From: Catajapyx aquilonaris
Taxonomy: Eukaryota
Direction: 5' to 3'
DNA: 64,000 nt
NCBI GenBank assembly: GCA_000934665.2
Contig: KZ537978.1
Coordinates: 1-64,000 of the forward strand
The position numbers were made by a program, and so were the translations under genes. Positions 1 through 8,424 of this stretch are shown piece after piece (position 1 is the stretch's first letter; each line of letters starts with the position of its first letter). The notes under the pieces were generated by a model. It was not told the origin of the DNA, searched no databases, and worked only from the letters and a program-made list of their open reading frames with translations.

Positions 1-83
1 CATGGCCGCCGGCGCGGCGGCCATGTTGGGCCAGCATGTATAGCGCTTCCCTTTCGTACCTATAAAGTTCAGCCTTAGTCCTG
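1..83. mobile_element. Possible right end of a MITE cut by the window start
   Basis: Palindrome CATGGCCGCC-GGCGC-GGCGGCCATG at 1-25 shares the GGCGGCCAT motif of the 8-bp-TSD MITEs; a possible CTG terminus at 81-83. The other end is not visible. Confidence 0.3.
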
Positions 84-816
84 TAGGGTCGCCACTTATC
101 CTGGCCTCCGAAATGTCTCATGGCGGTCTCAGGTGAGCACCCGCTGCAAAATGCCTCGGCAGGTGATAACGCCAGAATGTAGTATAAGTGTCCGTGGGCT
201 GAATCAGACACATACCTATACGATCGTAATGATGCAACTGTCATTTATTTCACACTGTTACTAAACTTACCACGTAGTTCGTACTATTACCACCAAGAGG
301 AATGAACGGAATTATTTTCTTCCGCCGAGCATGCGCATTTCCATTGGTAGATCCCAAAGTGCACACCATACGCGAAAGTGGAGTGTGCATATCCAACTGG
401 AACGAGTTATCCATTACTGTTTACTCGGCCCCACTTTTGGAGGGTTCGCCTGGGAAATGAATCAGTCTAAGTTATTACGCAGTAGGCCTAATTCTTCAGA
501 GCAACGGGAAACGTCTTTAGGTTAACGTTAAGAGTCTTAAGACAACTGCTATGCAAACATTGTTATTCGTATATTAATCTGGTACTAAACACTTCTCACC
601 AAATTCATTTGCTTGTTCCTCATAACCCCATATCGCTTTTATCATATGAAGAGCACAGATAACTATTGCTAAACACGGAACATTAACATTCGATTAAGTA
701 TCACACGAGTGATCAGTCATTGAGCGTAGCATATTATCTCTCTTGGACCTTACTATCACACAGGGTGATAAGAAAAGTAATCTACCTTTGGACAAATGTG
801 TCGATAATAATCGGTT

Positions 817-822
817 TATAAA
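817..822 (+). promoter_or_regulatory. TATA box of the acyl-CoA synthetase gene
   Basis: TATAAA about 45 nt upstream of the ATG; GATA-type motifs (TTATCT near 733, TGATAAG near 767) just upstream. Confidence 0.5.
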
Positions 823-866
823 GGGAACTTGATGTGGGAAACAGGGAACATCCAGACATCACCAAG

Positions 867-989
867 ATGGAGATGTTATCACCATTCCCCTCCGATCGGA
901 TGCATTCTGTTCCCAAAGTATCTTTGCATGAACTCGTCTTCCTCAGCGTGCAGAAGGTCATTGATAAGAATGAAGACCGGGAATTTGTG
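867..989 (+). CDS. acyl-CoA synthetase exon 1 ([41 protein letters not shown])
   Basis: ATG at 867 (context AAGATGG) about 45 nt after TATAAA; donor GTG|GTGAGA at 990; phase 0 matches exon 2; resembles luciferase-like N-termini. Confidence 0.75.
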
Positions 990-3900
990 GTGAGAAACAT
1001 GTAGCCTTGACATTATACAGTAGTATCGATGATATCTTAAATAACACAACTGCGTACTTTGTTACAACTGTATTGCTATTATTACCGAAATTTTATTAAT
1101 AAGCTGCTTATTAATAAAATTTCGGTTGAAGAGCTTCCTAGGAACGTCAATATATCCTCCTGAGACCTGATGTCCAATATATTGGACACCAGCAAAAAAA
1201 AAGAAGAAGAAGAAGGAGTCAATTTCAGTTGACGCCTTTTTTTTGCTTATGTCCAATATATTGGACATCAGGTCTCAGGAGGATATATAGACATCACTGT
1301 ATAACCACTAGTCATTCCAAATGTTTAATATTGGAGAGTTGAAGAATCAAGTCACAGGTGAAACGATGCTTCCAATCCTTTTAAATTAACCTGGAATTAT
1401 TAAATTTTTGTTCTGTCCCTAAACGTATAAAATTAATGCAGCATAGTGTCAAAGGTAACCAATACAAACAATACTGTATTATTCATTTGTAGCAAATGTA
1501 CAGTATAAGCATAAAATAACAGCTATCCTCCATTGAACGTTAATATTTTTCTACTTGTTATTGTAGCTTGTTTTACGTCACTTGATCTTTATTACAATTA
1601 AACTCAAATTCAGCAGATAATTTTGATCTTGATCCTTCATCAACATCCTTGATGACGTATTTTTGTAATACACGACAACTTCTAAGGTAGCATTCAGCCG
1701 ATAAGCGATTGGGCCTTTCAATCAGTTTACAGAAAGATTTTATTTTTTATTTTTTATTGTTACAATTCTTGATTGGCTGTGAGCATATTAGAAAGACTGA
1801 CTTGTTAATATTAGAATATTTTGTAATCCTCCGTATCATATGGAAACCGGTTAGGTTCCCTGGTCAAGAAGTACTGTAAATGTTGCTGCAGTAAAATGAC
1901 ATAACTTAATTTATATCAGAAAATGAACTGCAAGACCTTTACTATAAAATGCATGCTGTTTGAAAATGATTGTGCGCAAAATGTTTTTATGTGAGAAGAG
2001 TTTCGATGGATCCTCCATGTTCCCTGGATTTTTTCTGTTCGAGTTGTCACTCTTTATTTCGATAACAAAATTCATCATAAACACGGTGTTTAAATATAGG
2101 TTTATCCCAATCTCGCCATTTCAGTCAACTTCTCCCTCTGATGCACAGGTAATATGTTTGTAATATAATTATGTGTAAATATGTGTAATATTGTTTCATT
2201 TATTATTCTGATTATTATTTATTTATACTTTACTTGCTGTAATTTACATTTAATATTAGCGTGACGTGGCCACTGGTGAAGTTGTGATGTATTCAGAAGT
2301 GGAACCATTGTCTAGGAAAGTTGCAAGTGCACTCATCAAGTATGGTTTCAAGGAACACGATATTTGCTTGATGGTCACACGAAATCACGCTCGTGTTTTC
2401 CTGTGCTATCTGGCCATTCTAAGGTTAACCGGAACTATTCATCAGTGTTATCCAGAAGACAATTCAGGTTTGTTATTCCATTATTCTATACCGATATGTT
2501 GTTCTCCTGTGTAACTGTGTAAGAAGGGTGATGTTTCAAAGCGCAAATTTTTTTAAACACACTACAGCTTGCACACGGTGAAAAAGTTTGAATTGCATTG
2601 TTCGGTGGCTGATAGCTATTTAATTGCAATAAATTGAGTTAATTGGCATGTGAGCACCAACTGCTTATAGCAGAAGTGTCGACTTCATTATTCTACCGTG
2701 GTAATTTCGGAAAAACACCTTCCGGACCAGTTGTACACAGAGTTAGGAAATATACAGGGGTCCGTGAACCGACCAGTCAGACCTGTACCCGTGGCTCAAT
2801 TGACACCAGAGGATCATGTTATGTAGAGGAGTCATTATGTCTGGGCAGCCTCATTACTGAGATAAATGCCTTCACACGACAAGTACAAAGTATCCTGGGA
2901 GGTATGGAAACCTTCAGCTCCGAAATCGCATCACCAGTCAAATAATAGCAGCTTTTCCATTTGGCTACTAGCATGTCGCATGGCACACACCAGCACGCAC
3001 TGACACGCACTTGTCACTGCTATTATTTTGACAATCACTCTTAGGCCCAATCGCTAAATGGCAAATGATCAATTATCTCAGTAATGACGCTGCCCATACA
3101 TAATGACTCCTCTACGTAACATGATCCTCTGGTGTCAATGGAGCCACGGGTACAGGTCTGACTGGTCGGTTCACGGACACCCTGTAGAGGAGAAACGGGC
3201 AAGTGTGGAATATTTTTTTGCATTGTCATTTTATTCCGAAAGTGTTTTCAGTTCAAATTGTTATTATGATTGAATCTCTGTCCTCTCCTCTTCATTTCTA
3301 TATCAATAGCACATTTTTCAAATTACTCACGATACATACTGAAGCACGAATACAGAACATTAGATATGCGAGAGGTTCAATCAAATCCATGCATTCTCGA
3401 GCAGATTGAACCATGGTGTGGGGAAAGTTGAAACATCGTATATGAAGCAAGGTGAACACTAATCTCGTCTTTTGTTCAGTTTTTGAAAATTTGAATCACT
3501 ATATCGGTCTTCTCCCGGTTTCGGATCTAACAACATACTTATAATAACATACTTCTCGGTAAACTTACAGATTCTTTCAAGAAAAAAGTCTGTACTGGGT
3601 CTAATATTCAGTTGTGTATCGGGTAGATGAAGTGGCGTCGCGGTAACGCGTGCGCCCACGGATATGAAGGTCCCGGGTTCAATCCCCACCCGGGGTTCCC
3701 ACTTCTATCCGTGCAGAGTTGGGCCATCTCTGGCTTCATTTCGGGTGGAAATTTCCTAAAGACTAATCCACCCGGGGGAGTTCACAAAATGACCACTCAA
3801 CGACAGCGCACATGCACTTTGCACATCCCCTCCCACCTACCCTTGGAGCAACGAGATAGAATAGGGTAGAGGCCGTAAAGGTCGGACATCTTTGAAGCAA

Positions 3901-6900
3901 AATGGCGGTCATCGGGCGGCCATGCCACTTCACGGAAAGAACTTTGAAATTGTAGTATCGCTAACCCTGTTCTCCTCTCCTGCCTCCTGGCGGGACTAGG
4001 AAGAAAAGCCTGTCTGGGGACGTTTTTATTTATTCCCACCCCCCGCCAGGAGGCAGGAGTGTAGACAGAGGAGAACAGGGTTAGAAACACGGCAATTTCA
4101 AATGAGCGCATATTCTTGCCGTGAAGTGGCATGGACGCCAAAGATCACGTGACCTTTACGGCCTCTACCCTATTCTATCTCGTTGCCTTGGAGTAATAAA
4201 CCAATAAGATCCTTCTTAACTCACTCCAACAAATCCCGATGGTGGTAATTCCACCCCCCCCCCCCCCCNAAAAAAAATCAGTTGTGTATTGTAACGCCAG
4301 CCGCACAACAGTGAATCACCCTGTATGCCTGAAGAGGCCTGTAAGAAGTATGTTGTCCTCTATAATAAAATTCATTGTGAACTGATGGATGGACAAGTTG
4401 CAGTTTGAAAAGACGCTGATTATAATCATGCAATTCCAGGTTTTTAACACGTTGGTTTTTTAAAATGATTCTTCTTTTTTGCAGGAACTCTTTCTGAACG
4501 GTTGAAGCTATGTAAATCCAAATTTATGTTCTGTGACTCAGAATCAGTTGCAGAAGTGAGAAAAGCTGCTCAACTGGTTGACTGGTCTGTCAACATATTT
4601 TCTATGGACGATGTAGATGGCTGCACATCTTTAAGCAAGCTTCTTTTAGACGGGGAGGGAGGTAAAACTGAAAAATTAATGGTGTATGCAGGGTATTGTT
4701 AATGAGTGAAAAGTATATGCAAATTTCGGTACAATTAAATACAGCCTGCAATTTTCGGAAAACCTCAGATTATCGTGATGAATAATATTATGCGGAATCG
4801 AAGTTCTGTAGACGCCTTAAACCACTAAATATTATACTTTTTTCTCACCTTCATGTGAACGGCATTACCAATAATTTATTTTAGCAGACGACTTGCCCCG
4901 AGTGTCAACAGATATCCATAAAGATACAGCGGTCATATTTTGCACGAGTGGTACATCTGGAATCTGCAAAGGTGCTGCCCACTCCCACTACAGCATCGTT
5001 TATTTTCTTCAACAAGAGGGGTAAAATTGTGATTTATTTAATTCATAAAAATTATGCCTCTATGTTGAAGATTATGCAGCAATTGGATGCACCATTTCAA
5101 TAGAGAAAATTCCCAACAAACACGAAGAAAATAATCGCATTTTCTAACCTCTCCCGCGTATTCATACTCTGTAACATAATTCTTATTCCCATTAGTTCAC
5201 ACGTTCCATTGTAGCCTATACCTAACAAAAATGAATAGCACCGCCAAGTTCATTAAAATGCTGAAGCTCGATTGTAGGCCGAATAATTTGTTAGGCCTAT
5301 CGAAAAAAATTTGTTTGCATGAAAAACAATATTTTACTACAATTGTCTACTTCCTTGTAAGTATTGTATCGCTAATTAGGGGGAGGTGTGGTGGCCGAGA
5401 TGGTAACGTCTCGGCTTGCTGAGTGAAAGGCCCCAGGATCGATCCCCGCCTGGGGAACTTTCCTTTCACCTGCGTCAAGAGGGTTTCTGACCTGCACCAA
5501 GGAGGTGTCTGGCAACCTAACCTCCTGGGGAACAGCACATGACCCCTTTACCGACATTGCACTTGCACCAACGTTCCCTCCCCAAAAATCCCTATCCCTA
5601 CCCTACATCCTTGACTCCTTGCACCGGTGATGAAGTTAAAAGGAAAATTGGAGAGTAATGGTGGTATTCCACCCCCCTAAAAAGGCTAAGTCTTATCACG
5701 GGGTAACGTAAAATAAAATAATAAAAAAATGTATCGCAAATCGCTTGGTATTTATTTATTCCAAATTTAGTGCAGCCATGCGAGCCAATATTTTGTAGCA
5801 GCATCATTCGTCCTTCTCCAAAGCTTTCAATGTAACTTCTGGACTCCAGATGGGAATATTTCTGTCAGATCACTCACATAACTCTTGGGTAACTATTGTT
5901 GGAGCCCACCTTTGCTTGCATAGGGCAGTGTTATTTTATGTGCATCCACCACGAATAAACTCATGTTTGAGTAAGAACATAAATCTACTAATATATATTG
6001 TATGCACCTGATTGTCTGATTGTGTAAAAACGATACTTGCAGGTTTTTCAGCAAATGTCGCCAGAGCTATGTTTTTGCAACTGGAAAGCCTTTTCATATA
6101 AGCGGATTCACTATCACTTTAGGAGCTGCTGTAAGAGAATGTTCTACGTTACTGGCATCCAAACTTACACCTGATGCCTTTTTCCATGCAATCCACACCT
6201 ACAAGGTAATTATTAAGTTTGTATAATTGAAGGGGTCGGTGCAATACCGCCCTAACCCACCAAATGACACAAATTGAGTTAAGCACACTTCCATGTACTA
6301 CACTCATGTATCTAATAAAATCCATTGAAATTGTGCAGTTTCTGCCATCGGTCACTGAGAAATCAAATGAAATAAGTCACATGGTATATGGGATGTATAT
6401 GGCCTCTCAAACTTTCAACTGCAGTTTTCTCAAAATCAGGTTTGGGAGGGTTAGGGCAGTATTGCACCGACCCCTTCAATTATTTGGCATGCATTTTTAC
6501 ATTATATCCATACAGTGCTTCGAAGTTGACATGTTATGCTAATTCTGTTTGACTAGCCTAAGGCTATAATTAGTTTCCCAACGTATCTGTTGTGGACGAC
6601 CAATGAGCCATCAGCCAAGAAGTACGACTTCTCTAGCGTTACTGTGATCACTATAGGGGGCGCATCAAGTTTTCTGTCACAGGCAGAAGCTCTGAGCGAA
6701 GCCTTTCCCAACATGAGAGTCTTAAATAAGGTATGTAATAAGGTTCTATGACTGTGACATGCTCATATACACCAGAAAAGTAGTTTTGCACGATTTACAC
6801 ATCTCATCGCATCCCATCAAATACTTGGTTCATACTACAGGGTGACTCTAAAGTCTGGATATACCGTATAGGTAATTGGATTGTATTGTTCGCTTCAAGT

Positions 6901-8362
6901 TGTGCCAACTAGTAGATTGTTGACAGTCAGTAAAGGATGAGTGGGCGCAGTTGCCACTTGGAGTTGGCACCACTGGCAACCAACAATTCAATTAGCCTAC
7001 CTATGTATTCCGACTTTAGAGTCACACTGTATATTATCACAACTGAAATACTTTACTTGCGGCAATATATTATTCTCATGTTTATCGGGTTATTAGTTTG
7101 AATTGCTTAGTTTTACTATACATATTTACTTTACTGCAGATCATTAAGTGAATTGGGCATAATAATATTATGTGCTTGGTATGGTCTTTGCAGACGTACG
7201 GGATGACTGAATGCTGCGTATTGACTACTACTTATGATTTAGGTTCGACTTCGATCGAGGAGTACTGTTCATACAAGGGTAAGCAAAGCTACATAATGAC
7301 ACTATCATATAGACTATAGAGGGTGTTTCAGAGATGACCGAGACTTTTAGGGTGACCTCGTGCGAGACACAGGATAATTTATGTCGAAATTGTAGAGGAT
7401 TCATTTGATGTCAAAACATCCTATAGTTAAGCGTTTGGACAGAGAGTGACTATCAAATGCACAAAACACAACTGATGCACACGCAAAAAGTGGGTCATTG
7501 TCAAGAGATCCGGAGTGCCCTTGTGTCCTTGTTAGTGTGCTTGTAAGCAGCCTAGAGGGCGGACTTGTGTGGATGGATGCAAACCTTTCAGGACTATACT
7601 CTCTACTGCATATGAAAAGTCAATTATCTTGGTAACTAGACTGAGGAGAGCAAATGACCTCCCTACATAAAGTGACTCTCTGGTTCGAAGAAGGTCGCCC
7701 TAAAAGTTCTGAAACACCTTGTAGAGTGTATGTCCCCATTTTTTTGCTGGTATTGAAAATACAGTACAGTACATTATTTTAAGCATGTGAGGATCACGGT
7801 GATGATGAAAATATTTCATGCTAAACTAAAAGGATGGAAGCAGTTTATTGCCAGCCTTTCCACTCAATATTCTGCATTTTTTTCATACCTTCTGAATAGT
7901 CATTTGATCCTTCCTTCAGCACATTTTGAAATGGTAAGATTATTTTGAGCTATTATCTGAATTGGGTCCCTTTTTTGAAATGTACGTTTCATGGAATCCG
8001 ATAGGAATTAGGACATAGTATATTATATACCAAGGAGTTGCGGAGTGGTGCTGCGGTAACGTTAATGCGCCCACGGATGGTAAGGTCCCGAGTTCGATCC
8101 CAGTCCGGGGACACCCCCTTCATCTCGTGCAGAGTTCAGGGTCACCTCTGGCTTCTTCTCGGGTGGTATTTCCAACAGACTAAACCACCCGGGGGAGTTC
8201 ACTAAAATGGCCACGTTTAAGACACCTTGCACATCCCCTCCTGTCATCCTGCCCGTGGGCCCGGGCGATTCGCTCAAGGTTCCAGCATTGTACTGCATTG
8301 TACTTCAAGTATAATAAAGGTCCGTACCGCATACCCTATATAGGGTCAGGCACTACCCAAGG

Positions 8363-8424
<62 letters not shown>

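Noticed and set aside
88..175. Possible HDV-like ribozyme: GTCGCCA/TGGCGGT (88-94/121-127, G:U first pair), CTGGC/GCCAG (101-105/171-175) and a P4-like stem in pseudoknot order
   Set aside because: No canonical P3/L3, no GG for P1.1 after P1', and the catalytic-C position reads ATAAC; short stems can arise by chance.
2643..3229. Two ORFs on opposite strands sharing [28 protein letters not shown]
   Set aside because: They are translations of the two arms of the 2755-3184 MITE.
4251..4277. Ambiguous N in poly-C runs (4269; also 37415)
   Set aside because: Sequencing or assembly uncertainty in homopolymers, not biology.
7799..7895. C/D-box snoRNA-like GTGATGA...CTGA in synthetase intron 7
   Set aside because: No terminal stem or recognisable rRNA antisense element.
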